Notes under the pieces: model-generated
Told to the model about the DNA's origin: nothing
The model's input: the letters and a program-made list of their open reading frames with translations, nothing else
Database searches by the model: none
Source: a virus
Taxonomy: Duplodnaviria; Caudoviricetes
Virus record (IMG/VR): IMGVR_UViG_3300032240_001400
Location: 1 to 57,084 of that record
Strand: one strand, 5' to 3'
Length of the DNA: 57,084 nucleotides
Part shown: one piece after another, positions 45,888-55,263 of the stretch
Layout of the letters: every line of letters begins with the position of its first letter
Numbering within the stretch: the stretch's first letter is position 1
Translations under genes and position numbers: made by a program

Positions 45888-45917
45888 AAAGCCCAACCCC
45901 GTAAGGTTGGGTTTTTT
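45888..45917 (+). terminator. Rho-independent terminator after the capsid gene
   Basis: GCCCAACC/GGTTGGGT stem followed by a T tract. Confidence 0.9.
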
Positions 45918-45932
45918 ATTTATAGTTAATCG

Positions 45933-45940
45933 ATATTTAT
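45933..45940 (+). promoter_or_regulatory. putative late promoter ATATTTAT
   Basis: Upstream of the ATG at 45955. Confidence 0.65.
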
Positions 45941-45954
45941 TTGAAAAGAGTTTC

Positions 45955-46626
45955 ATGACGAATACTAGTTCAAGCGCTAAGAGACAACCTAAAAACCCAA
46001 TAAAGTTTCAAGTACAATTAAACGAAGAACAGAAAGAAGCAAAACAAGTTATATTAAATAATAAAATAACTGTTTTAAAAGGACAAGCTGGCTCAGGTAA
46101 GTCATTGATAGCAGCTCAGGTAGCATTAGATCTTTTGTTTCGCCGAGAAGTAGAAAAGATAATACTAACAAGACCTGCAGTTACTTCTGGAGAAGAGATT
46201 GGATATTTACCTGGTGATAAAGATGCTAAATTAGCTCCTTATACTGCAGCTATATATGATAACATGTATAGATTGTATAGTAAAGAAAAGATAGATAAAG
46301 AAATATCTGAAGGTAATATTGAAGTTATACCTTTAGCTTTTATGAGAGGTCGCAACTTAACTAATTGTTGTGTTGTAGTAGATGAAGGGCAAAATATAAC
46401 TCATAGACAAATGGAGTTGGTATTAGGTAGAATGTGCCAAGGAAGCAAGATGATTATCTGCGGAGATATTGCCCAGATTGATTTAAAAGATAAAAAAGCA
46501 AGCGGTTTTAATTTCATATGCACTAACTTTAAAGAGGTGCCAGGTTTTTCAGTTGTCACTTTGAAAACAAATCATCGTGATCCAATAGTAGAATACATTT
46601 TAGAAATATATAAACAGCACGATTAA
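45955..46626 (+). CDS. phoH: PhoH-family ATPase (start moved to 45955)
   Basis: GQAGSGKS, LTRP, IGYLPG, FMRGR, DEGQN, GDIAQID. Confidence 0.95.
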   Translation: MTNTSSSAKRQPKNPIKFQVQLNEEQKEAKQVILNNKITVLKGQAGSGKSLIAAQVALDLLFRREVEKIILTRPAVTSGEEIGYLPGDKDAKLAPYTAAIYDNMYRLYSKEKIDKEISEGNIEVIPLAFMRGRNLTNCCVVVDEGQNITHRQMELVLGRMCQGSKMIICGDIAQIDLKDKKASGFNFICTNFKEVPGFSVVTLKTNHRDPIVEYILEIYKQHD

Positions 46627-47801
46627 TGTCAGCAACATCAACTACTCCAATATATGATGGTACTCCTATAGCAATATCAGGATCAACTCCTTTTGGTTGG
46701 TACGATCTTGATTCACAATTTCAGTCAGATGGACCTAAAGTAGCAAACTTTGTTGCTAGAAAGTTAGGTTACCCTATAATGGAAGTTGAACTTCAGGACA
46801 TAAATATCTATGCGTGTTTTGAAGAAGCTGTTTCTGTATATGCAGAAGAACTTTATCAATCTAAAATAAAAGAAAATTATCTTTCTTTAGAAGGTTCAAG
46901 TACTACTACTCCATTAAATAATACTGTTGTAGTACCTTCATTAAATTCTATTATTGTTTTAGCTGAGAATTATGGAACTCCTATTCAAGTAGGAGGATAC
47001 GTAAATCAATATAAAGCTCCTTTATATCTAACATCTAGTATACAAACCTACGATCTTCAAGCTTGGGCATTGTCTGGAAGTTTAATAGCTGCTGGAGATA
47101 GAGTAGTCATCAATAGAATATATTATGAATCCCAGCCTGCGATAAACCAATACTATGATCCATATATTGGAGGTAGTATTAACTATCAAGGTGCTACTGA
47201 AAACTTTGGTTGGGCATCATATTCACCTGGTTTAAACTTTGTTTTGTTCCCTATTTATTGGGATATATCTAGGATTCAAGAGATTGAAATGTCTAATACT
47301 GTAAGAAGATCTGCTTACTCATTCTCTATAACAAATAATAAACTAACTATATTCCCATGGCCAGATAAAGATGGTATCGTTGTATGGATAGATTATGCAA
47401 AACAAAGTGAATTAACTAGTGCTGGGGGTAATAGTCCTTATTCAAGTGGTTCATCAATAGTATCAAATCCAGGATTAGTTCCTTACTCAACTATAACATA
47501 CAATCAAGTAAATCAACCAGGTAAACAATGGATCTATGAGTATACATTAGCTTTAGCTTCTGAACTTCTAGGTCTTATTAGAGGAAAATATACACAAATT
47601 CCTGCTCCTGGCGCAGAAGTTACATTAAATGGTGCAGACTTAATAGCTAAAGGTAAAGATCAACAAAATGCTTTGAGAGAAAAGCTTAGAGGTGATTTTG
47701 CTGACATGAGTCGTCAAGCACAATTAGAACGTAAACAATCTGAAAATCAATCGATATCGAGTACCTTAAATGAGGTGCCGATGTTTATATATCTGGGATA
47801 A
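46626..47801 (+). CDS. neck protein (T4 gp13-like)
   Basis: RKLGYPIMEVEL; WIYEYTLALASELLGLIRGKY...PG..VTLNG. Confidence 0.88.
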   Translation: MSATSTTPIYDGTPIAISGSTPFGWYDLDSQFQSDGPKVANFVARKLGYPIMEVELQDINIYACFEEAVSVYAEELYQSKIKENYLSLEGSSTTTPLNNTVVVPSLNSIIVLAENYGTPIQVGGYVNQYKAPLYLTSSIQTYDLQAWALSGSLIAAGDRVVINRIYYESQPAINQYYDPYIGGSINYQGATENFGWASYSPGLNFVLFPIYWDISRIQEIEMSNTVRRSAYSFSITNNKLTIFPWPDKDGIVVWIDYAKQSELTSAGGNSPYSSGSSIVSNPGLVPYSTITYNQVNQPGKQWIYEYTLALASELLGLIRGKYTQIPAPGAEVTLNGADLIAKGKDQQNALREKLRGDFADMSRQAQLERKQSENQSISSTLNEVPMFIYLG

Positions 47802-47802
47802 C

Positions 47803-48294
47803 ATGGCAATGTTTGGTTCATATAAGGATATATCCACATTCAAGATCTTCACAAAAGAACTTGTTGAGGCTATTATTTCTCAAGAAGTAGGATACTATAA
47901 AGTAAAATTAGGAGACACACAAGCAAATGTTTACGGTGAATCTTTAAAAAAATATTGGATAGGTCCTGTTTTAATTCCATGTCTTATAGATAGAGGAGAC
48001 TTCAATGTAGACTCTACTGATTTTGGTTATGATACAACTCGAGATGTTAAATTCAGATTCTTTAAAGATCATTTAATTGAAGCTCAAGTTGTTAGTGAAG
48101 TAGGAGACATAATTATGTATAACGAAGCTTATTATGAAGTTCATAATGTAAATGAAAATCAATTTATATTAGGTAAAAATAATGACTATATATATTCAAC
48201 AGGAACAGAAGGATTCGGTGAATCATACTCTGTAATATTAGAATGTCATTACACTAGTCCTGATAAACTTGGAATAACTAAAGAAAGATTATAA
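47803..48294 (+). CDS. head-closure/neck protein (T4 gp14-like; start moved to 47803)
   Basis: NVYGES; EVGDIIMY..AYYEV; follows the gp13-like gene. Confidence 0.75.
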   Translation: MAMFGSYKDISTFKIFTKELVEAIISQEVGYYKVKLGDTQANVYGESLKKYWIGPVLIPCLIDRGDFNVDSTDFGYDTTRDVKFRFFKDHLIEAQVVSEVGDIIMYNEAYYEVHNVNENQFILGKNNDYIYSTGTEGFGESYSVILECHYTSPDKLGITKERL

Positions 48295-49550
48295 TGGCAA
48301 ATCAAGTAGTTAGACCTAAAAATAGACGCGAGTTCATGAATGAACTTGTAGATCCTTATGATAAAAAGTCAGGAAATCCTAATCAAATATTTACTGAACC
48401 ACAAAAATTAGGGCAACCTAGTATTAACAGGGCTTTAGAAGTAAGTAATAGAAATGATAGTGATAAAGATTTTACAATCGGTATCAAAGATATTGATGAA
48501 GCGATCATGTATTATTTTACTAACGTTCTTAGATTAGCTGTTATTCAAAATAATACTAGAATCCCTATTCCTATTCTATACGGAACTCCTGAAAACTGGA
48601 AAAGTATTCAGCAAGATGGTTTTTACAGAGATGAAAATAATAAATTGATTGCACCTCTTATTATGTTTAAGAGAAAGTCAGTTACACAAAATAGAGATCT
48701 TGGATATAAATTAGATGGCAATGCTGTTCATAATGTTCAACTATTTGAAAAAAAGTATAGCAAGAGGAATTTCTACAGCAACTTTAATGTACTTAATAGT
48801 AGATCTCCTGAAAAAAAATATGTCGTATCTGCTACTCCTGACTATGTAACTATAGAATACGAGTGCATCATCTGGACTTCTTATATAGAACAGATGGACA
48901 AGATAGTTGAGCAGATTAATTTTGCTTCCAGAAGCTATTGGGGAGACCCAAATCGGTTTCAATTTTTTAGTTCAATAGAATCTTTTGAAGATCAATTAAC
49001 TTATGCAGTAGGAGAAAATAGAACAGCAAAATCTAATTTCAATATTACTTTAAACGGGTATCTAATTCCTGATAGCTTGAATAGAAAACTAGCTACGCCA
49101 GCAAATAGATATGGTGTAGCAGAAGTTAAATTTGGTCTTGAACTTGCTAGTGGAACTGAAGAATTTGCAGTTAAAGTTAGTAAAGGAAAATCATCTAATG
49201 TTAAAAACGTACTACTTACAGATTCAGTGAATATAAATAATACAATCGTTCAAGGAGGTGCTTCAGACGCTGTAGTTTCATACTTGAATATAAATAAAAC
49301 TGTTACAGGTACTTATGTATCTAGTACTACAGTATCATTTACTAGTGGCTGGGCATCTGCTCCAAGCCCACTACCTGCAACAAGTACATCTAACTTTAAC
49401 TTTTTTGTCAATGGTATGTATGTTGAACCTACAAGTATAGTTAGTTTTACCAATGGAGGTACATCATCAGTTTTAGTTATAGATGTAAGTCTACTTGGAT
49501 ATAGTTTTGAATCTACTGATGTTATAATAGGAATAGGCAAATTTAACTAA
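48294..49550 (+). CDS. tail terminator-like protein (T4 gp15-like) with C-terminal extension
   Basis: IPILYGTPENW; P..V.I.Y...IWT..IEQMDKIVEQI; FNITLNGYL. Confidence 0.7.
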   Translation: MANQVVRPKNRREFMNELVDPYDKKSGNPNQIFTEPQKLGQPSINRALEVSNRNDSDKDFTIGIKDIDEAIMYYFTNVLRLAVIQNNTRIPIPILYGTPENWKSIQQDGFYRDENNKLIAPLIMFKRKSVTQNRDLGYKLDGNAVHNVQLFEKKYSKRNFYSNFNVLNSRSPEKKYVVSATPDYVTIEYECIIWTSYIEQMDKIVEQINFASRSYWGDPNRFQFFSSIESFEDQLTYAVGENRTAKSNFNITLNGYLIPDSLNRKLATPANRYGVAEVKFGLELASGTEEFAVKVSKGKSSNVKNVLLTDSVNINNTIVQGGASDAVVSYLNINKTVTGTYVSSTTVSFTSGWASAPSPLPATSTSNFNFFVNGMYVEPTSIVSFTNGGTSSVLVIDVSLLGYSFESTDVIIGIGKFN

Positions 49551-49551
49551 A

Positions 49552-49773
49552 ATGGCAAGAGTAAAACTTAAACAGATATTATCAAATTTGCAATATAATG
49601 CTACAACTTCTCAACTTACATTGAGTGGTTCTAGTACAGGAACTGACTTTGTTATCTCAGGATCTACTAATATAGCCTCTACACAAACTAAGACTGGTTC
49701 TTTAACTATCCAAAATATTGATTCTTTTGGAGATTCTGGCAGTTTCTATACTGTAGATTTAGGTGACTTCTGA
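49552..49773 (+). CDS. small virion protein
   Basis: 73 aa, S/T/G-rich, ends DLGDF. Confidence 0.65.
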   Translation: MARVKLKQILSNLQYNATTSQLTLSGSSTGTDFVISGSTNIASTQTKTGSLTIQNIDSFGDSGSFYTVDLGDF

Positions 49774-49780
49774 TATTTAT
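49773..49780 (+). promoter_or_regulatory. putative late promoter ATATTTAT
   Basis: Upstream of the tail fibre gene; followed by a hairpin. Confidence 0.65.
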
Positions 49781-49831
49781 GCTTGAGACTATATAGTCTT
49801 TTATCAAGTATATACCAAAAAGTCCGGACAT

Positions 49832-52699
49832 ATGTCTAATCAATTTCTTAAGCTCCGTCGTTCAGCGATCCCTGGTAGAGTTCCAACAACGTCTTCTTTA
49901 GACTTTGGTGAGATTGCACTTAATACCTATGATGGATTAGCATTTATTAAGAAGTCCGGATCTAGTGGTGAACAAGTTATTGCTATCGGTGCAGGGACAT
50001 CAGGAAATATTTCAGGCACTGATTATTTTATTCCTATATTTTCTGGGTCAAACGCATTAGTTACTAGCTCATTTTACCAATCAGGTTCATTTACAGGACT
50101 TAGAACTACTACTCCTTCTTCTACTTCTAGTCTTGATGTATTTTTAGCAGATGGTACTGGAGTTAATACGTATAACATAATTGGAGGCCATGGTAATTTA
50201 AATGGATTTATTCAATTAAATATTCAAAACTTTAGTAATGGATCTAATGCATCATCAGATATAGTAGCTACAAATGATGCTGGAGATAATCAATTTAATT
50301 ATATTGATATGGGTATTAACTCATCTCAATTTACTTCTAATGTTATTGGCGGTCCTAATGATGCTTATCTATATTCTACAGGTAACGATTTATATATAGG
50401 TAATGCAAGAGGAAATCAAAAAGTAGTTATCTTTAATGGTGGATATGATACAAATGCTTATGCTAAAATATATATACACCCAGAAGGTGTAACTAGCTTT
50501 AATACTAGTACTTTTAATGTTACTAACCCAGCTGCAATAACTGTAAGACCTACAAATAACACAACTAACAACTTAATACAAGCAGTTTCTAACGTTGATA
50601 ATTATACTCAAATTTCAGTAGCAAATGAAAGTACAGGTGCAACCGCCTCTGCTGATATAGTAGCGTATAACAATATAGACCCCTCAGGCCAGCAATCAGG
50701 TTATATTGATATGGGTATTGCTTCAACTAATTATATAAGAAGTAACATTTACCCTAGTGCAGCAGGTGATGCTTATGTATTCACTGATTCTAGCCATTTA
50801 ATTTTAGGTGCAATATCAGCAAGTGGAAATACTAAAATAACTTTATTTGCAGGTGGTATTAATGAAATAGATAATGCTAAGTTAGTTTTATATTCAAATA
50901 ACCAGCATAAAATGTCTGGTTCTTTAAATGTTAGTGGAAGTGTAACTGCTAAATCTTTTACAGGTTCTTTATTTGGTACTGCTAGTTGGGCTACAAACGC
51001 TTTAACAGCATCATATTTTAGCGGAATACCCACTAGCGCATCATACGCTTCTAGTTCAACATCAGCATCATATGCTAGTACAGCTTCTTGGGCACTAAAC
51101 TTTATAACAAGCTCAGTAACATCTGCTAGTTATGCAGCAACAGCAAGTTTGGCTTTAAATTTTATTACTTCATCAGTAACTAGTGCCTCATTTGCTTCAA
51201 CCGCAAGTTATGGTGGTAACTTCACAGCATCTTATCTATTAGTTAATAATACTATAACTGCACAGACACTCGTAGTCCAAACTATAACTTCATCAGTAGA
51301 ATATAGTTCAGGATCAAACATCTTTGGTAATCAGTTAACTAATACTCAACAATTTACAGGTAGTGTAAGTATTACTGGTAGTTTGAATCTAAACGGATTC
51401 AGTGCTATAACAGCTAATCAAACAGGCTCAATGTCTGTTAGTTCATCTATTTATGCTGCAACAGCTTCATATTTTATAACAAGCTCTGTAACTTCTGCTA
51501 GTTATGCTGCTACTGCCTCGTATATATCGGCATCAGGAATAGCTGGATTAAATATATCTCAGATATCATTAGGAGTAGTAACAGCTAGTGTCAATCTTGG
51601 TAATAATTTATTTAATATAGTTAGTGGGTCTAATACATTAGTTGTAGTTGATAGTACTGGAAGTATCGGTTTAGGAACTACATCTCCAGGATATAAATTA
51701 GATGTGCAAGGAAGCGGTCGATTTACAACAAATTTAACTGCTGCAGCAGGTAAGATAACATTAGGTGATGGACAATTTAGTGATCCTGTAATTAATTTTA
51801 CAGCTGCATCTAAAACTACATATATTGGTGTAGTACAAAGCGCAGGAGCATTTATAAACGCAGGTGGAATTGGAGATAATTTTATTAGAAGTCAAGATAA
51901 TACAAGATATTTTTATTTTGGATCAGGTACAGGTGGAGCATCGTTTTTTAGATTTTCTTATTCTGATGCGTCAATAATAATTGATGGAAATGGCACAGGA
52001 AATTCTTTTACTACAATATCATCATCTCAATTAACAGTTAATTCTACAACTAAAGGTTTCCTTCCAACTCGTACAGATCTAACCTCAAACATATCTTCAC
52101 CTGCTCAAGGTTTAATAACTTATGTTACAGCATCTGCTACAGAAGGTCTTTGGTATTATTCAAGTGGTTCTATTATTGGGTGGACTAGAGTATTAAACAG
52201 TACAGGAAGTCAAGTTATATCTGGTTCATTAACAGCTACTTCATTTACTGGCTCTTTATTAGGAACATCTTCTTATGCCTTAACAGCTTCTTATGTAGCT
52301 AATGCATCATCATTCCCTTACACAGGAAGTGCAGTAATTACAGGAAGCTTAATAGTGACAGGGTCTACGAGTGTTCAAACACTAAATGTAGGAGCTAGCC
52401 AATTTAACAACACTTCTTCTATAACTGTAGCAGGAACTACAACTATATCTCAATTAGCAACTGGTTCTTATATCTCAGCATTCTATAACTACGCAATACT
52501 ATCTGCATCAAATGCAAGATCAGGTCAGATTATGAGTATATGGAGTGGTTCTAGTGTAAAATATACAGAAGTAACAACAACAGATCTTGGTAATACAGCA
52601 ACTGCATCATTTGCAGTAGCTTTATCAGGAAATAACGTCCAATTAAACTTTACTGCTCCAGGCTCATGGACAGTAAGATCAATTGCAAACCTCTTATAA
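49832..52699 (+). CDS. tail fibre protein
   Basis: LKLRRS...P....LDFGEIALNTYDG N-terminal adaptor; SASYA/TASW repeats; IGLGTTSP.YKLDV. Confidence 0.85.
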   Translation: MSNQFLKLRRSAIPGRVPTTSSLDFGEIALNTYDGLAFIKKSGSSGEQVIAIGAGTSGNISGTDYFIPIFSGSNALVTSSFYQSGSFTGLRTTTPSSTSSLDVFLADGTGVNTYNIIGGHGNLNGFIQLNIQNFSNGSNASSDIVATNDAGDNQFNYIDMGINSSQFTSNVIGGPNDAYLYSTGNDLYIGNARGNQKVVIFNGGYDTNAYAKIYIHPEGVTSFNTSTFNVTNPAAITVRPTNNTTNNLIQAVSNVDNYTQISVANESTGATASADIVAYNNIDPSGQQSGYIDMGIASTNYIRSNIYPSAAGDAYVFTDSSHLILGAISASGNTKITLFAGGINEIDNAKLVLYSNNQHKMSGSLNVSGSVTAKSFTGSLFGTASWATNALTASYFSGIPTSASYASSSTSASYASTASWALNFITSSVTSASYAATASLALNFITSSVTSASFASTASYGGNFTASYLLVNNTITAQTLVVQTITSSVEYSSGSNIFGNQLTNTQQFTGSVSITGSLNLNGFSAITANQTGSMSVSSSIYAATASYFITSSVTSASYAATASYISASGIAGLNISQISLGVVTASVNLGNNLFNIVSGSNTLVVVDSTGSIGLGTTSPGYKLDVQGSGRFTTNLTAAAGKITLGDGQFSDPVINFTAASKTTYIGVVQSAGAFINAGGIGDNFIRSQDNTRYFYFGSGTGGASFFRFSYSDASIIIDGNGTGNSFTTISSSQLTVNSTTKGFLPTRTDLTSNISSPAQGLITYVTASATEGLWYYSSGSIIGWTRVLNSTGSQVISGSLTATSFTGSLLGTSSYALTASYVANASSFPYTGSAVITGSLIVTGSTSVQTLNVGASQFNNTSSITVAGTTTISQLATGSYISAFYNYAILSASNARSGQIMSIWSGSSVKYTEVTTTDLGNTATASFAVALSGNNVQLNFTAPGSWTVRSIANLL

Positions 52700-52710
52700 A
52701 ATAAAAATAT

Positions 52711-52887
52711 ATGATATATCAAGTACAAATGCAGTTTATACCAGGTTCAGATCAAATATGGGTTGCAAGACTAAACACATACGATCCTACTTACGAGTAC
52801 GATAACTTCGCAGAAGCATCAGCAAAAGCGACGGAACTTCAAGATAGTGATTCAACAGGAAGACAATATAGAGTAGCACAATTCTAA
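52711..52887 (+). CDS. 58-aa fibre-associated protein (not in ORF track)
   Basis: MIYQVQMQFIPGSDQIWVARL...RQYRVAQF fills the gap. Confidence 0.7.
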   Translation: MIYQVQMQFIPGSDQIWVARLNTYDPTYEYDNFAEASAKATELQDSDSTGRQYRVAQF

Positions 52888-52891
52888 TAAG

Positions 52892-53587
52892 ATGGCTTTT
52901 GGAAATGGACCTAGAATAGTTACTAATGGGTTAGTAGTATCTTTAGATGCTGCTGACAGAAACAGTTATGTTTCTGGATCTACTACTTGGTATGATGTTA
53001 GTGGAAATGGATATAGTGGATCCTTAGTAAATGGACCTACATATAGTTCTCCTAATGGAGGTAGTATTGTTTTTGATGGGGGTGATGATTATTCTAATCA
53101 TGGATATATAAGTCAACTATATAATACAACAACTATCTCGTATAATATATGGTTAAAATGGAATTCACTAGGAGGAAACAGGATTATTATAGGAAATGAA
53201 AATCAAGCAGGATCTACAGGACTTGGTATAAGACAAAGAAGTGATAACAGTTACTGGATGAGCCCTGGAATCGGAGTTACTAACATAATTAGAGTAGTAC
53301 CTAATGTAGATACTACCAAAGTACATATGATTACAGCACTAACAGATGGTACTAATGGAAGCTTTTATATAAATGGCTCTTTTATAAGTAGTTCCCTATA
53401 TTCAACCACTTTTACATCCCAAACTAATTTTTATATAGGAATTGGGTATAGTTTTGGACTTCCTAGTCCTTCTTTTGTTGAACCATTTACTGGAAATATA
53501 TACAATGTTCAAATTTATAACCGAGCATTATCATCCCAAGAAGTACAACAAAACTATAACGCTCAAAAATCACGCTTCGGCTTATAA
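52892..53587 (+). CDS. LamG/concanavalin A-like protein, copy 1
   Basis: LDAADRNSY, FDGGDDY, FYING, IYNRALSSQEVQQNY. Confidence 0.9.
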   Translation: MAFGNGPRIVTNGLVVSLDAADRNSYVSGSTTWYDVSGNGYSGSLVNGPTYSSPNGGSIVFDGGDDYSNHGYISQLYNTTTISYNIWLKWNSLGGNRIIIGNENQAGSTGLGIRQRSDNSYWMSPGIGVTNIIRVVPNVDTTKVHMITALTDGTNGSFYINGSFISSSLYSTTFTSQTNFYIGIGYSFGLPSPSFVEPFTGNIYNVQIYNRALSSQEVQQNYNAQKSRFGL

Positions 53588-53589
53588 CT

Positions 53590-54285
53590 ATGGGAGTATC
53601 AGCAGGACCAAATATAATAAGAGATAATAGCTTAGTATTAGAGCTCGATGCTGCTGATAGGAATAGCTATATGAGTGGGTCTACAATTTGGAGAGATTTA
53701 ACTATAAATAACTTTACTGGTAATTTAATTAATGGTCCAACTTTTAGTTCTAATAATTTAGGAAGTATTTTGTTTGATGGAGTTGATGATTATGTTGAAG
53801 TATCAAATAATTCGATTTTAAACTCAACATCTGGTACTATTAGTATTTGGTTTAAATATACTTCAATTGTAGGTGCATCTGGAGTAGCATCAATAATTGG
53901 AAAACATGATATAACTCAATCTAGAAATGGTTGGATTATTTTTATAGACAGTAGTGGAGTTGTAGGATCACAAATTAAAAATAATAGTCAAACTACTAAT
54001 CTAACCCCTATTCCCGCCTATAGTCCTAATACTTGGAATAATATTACTTTAACATACACTTCCGGTGTTTCTAGTGAATTATATGGAAATGCAATTCAAT
54101 ATTCTTCTGGATCATGTGTATCCTTTGCTATAACAAGTCAACCATTAAGAATGGTAGATTCAGTAGACTCTTTTTGGGGAATTATGCTAGGAAATATATC
54201 TGCTGTTCAAATATATAACAGAGTCCTCTCAGCGCAAGAAATCCAACAAAACTACAACGCATTAAAATCAAGATTTAATTATTAA
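53590..54285 (+). CDS. LamG/concanavalin A-like protein, copy 2
   Basis: LDAADRNSY, FDGVDDY, IYNRVLSAQEIQQNY. Confidence 0.9.
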   Translation: MGVSAGPNIIRDNSLVLELDAADRNSYMSGSTIWRDLTINNFTGNLINGPTFSSNNLGSILFDGVDDYVEVSNNSILNSTSGTISIWFKYTSIVGASGVASIIGKHDITQSRNGWIIFIDSSGVVGSQIKNNSQTTNLTPIPAYSPNTWNNITLTYTSGVSSELYGNAIQYSSGSCVSFAITSQPLRMVDSVDSFWGIMLGNISAVQIYNRVLSAQEIQQNYNALKSRFNY

Positions 54286-54289
54286 AGTT

Positions 54290-54958
54290 ATGGCAACTCA
54301 ATATGCAAATGGTAAAATAGTAACTTCAGGATTAGTATTAGCATTAGATGCTGCTGATAGAAATAGTTATCCTGGTAGTGGTACTACTTGGACTGATATG
54401 AGTGGAAATGGGTATAATGGAACTTTAGTTAATGGGCCTACTTTTTCAAATAATAGTATTGTGTTTGACGGAACTAATGATTATCTCAATATTCCAAACA
54501 TACCACTAACAAACTATACAACGATAACCATAGAGATGTTTATTAGTTCTTCTTTTCCAAATGAAAGTATGTTGTGGTCGATAGACGGAGGTAGTGGACC
54601 TGATTGGTACACAAAGGATAATACTATGGGATATAATTCGTATGGTGGAGATGTTTATGGATTCTCAGCCTCTGTTATGAGAGGTGGATGGAGGAATATA
54701 GCAATGACATATACAAAAAATCAAAGTGTTTCTTTAAATGTAGTATATGTAAATGGTAATCAAGTAACTACATCGCAACAATTGGGCAGTACATCGGCAA
54801 GATCATTTTCTACTGGTTTAAAAATATGTAGTAGTATAGGAGGAGATTTTTATTTTTTACAAGCAATTATTCCTGTGATAAAAGTATATAACAGAGCCCT
54901 ATCATCAACAGAAGTCCTACAAAACTATAACGCACAAAAATCACGCTTTAATTTATAA
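54290..54958 (+). CDS. LamG/concanavalin A-like protein, copy 3
   Basis: LDAADRNSY, FDGTNDY, YVNG, VYNRALSSTEVLQNY. Confidence 0.9.
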   Translation: MATQYANGKIVTSGLVLALDAADRNSYPGSGTTWTDMSGNGYNGTLVNGPTFSNNSIVFDGTNDYLNIPNIPLTNYTTITIEMFISSSFPNESMLWSIDGGSGPDWYTKDNTMGYNSYGGDVYGFSASVMRGGWRNIAMTYTKNQSVSLNVVYVNGNQVTTSQQLGSTSARSFSTGLKICSSIGGDFYFLQAIIPVIKVYNRALSSTEVLQNYNAQKSRFNL

Positions 54959-54961
54959 ACT

Positions 54962-55219
54962 ATGGCATACGCAACTAGAGAATTTATGATCTTCAACGTA
55001 TTAGAACTACCAAACGTTGACTTTACTCAAGTATTAGAAACATCTCAAGAAACAGTAAGAAAATCTGTAGACCAAACAAAAACTTTTGTAAAATGGGATG
55101 GAGAAACAATTCCTGTTTCTGTAGATTCTCTAGAAACAAAAGAAGGGCCTTACACTTATGAAGAGATACTAAATATTTTAACAACCACAGAATGGACAGA
55201 TCCTAATCCGATTCCTTAA
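54962..55219 (+). CDS. small fibre-associated protein
   Basis: 85 aa, VRKSVDQTKTFVKW...YTYEEIL, follows the LamG genes. Confidence 0.7.
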   Translation: MAYATREFMIFNVLELPNVDFTQVLETSQETVRKSVDQTKTFVKWDGETIPVSVDSLETKEGPYTYEEILNILTTTEWTDPNPIP

Positions 55220-55220
55220 T

Positions 55221-55228
55221 ATATTTAT
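55221..55228 (+). promoter_or_regulatory. putative late promoter ATATTTAT
   Basis: Upstream of the ATG at 55264. Confidence 0.65.
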
Positions 55229-55263
55229 CAATAACTGTTGGACAGTGAAAACAGTGAATACAC

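Noticed and set aside
52892-54958. Diversity-generating retroelement repeats
   Set aside because: No reverse transcriptase in the window; differences between copies are not adenine-specific and all copies are coding.
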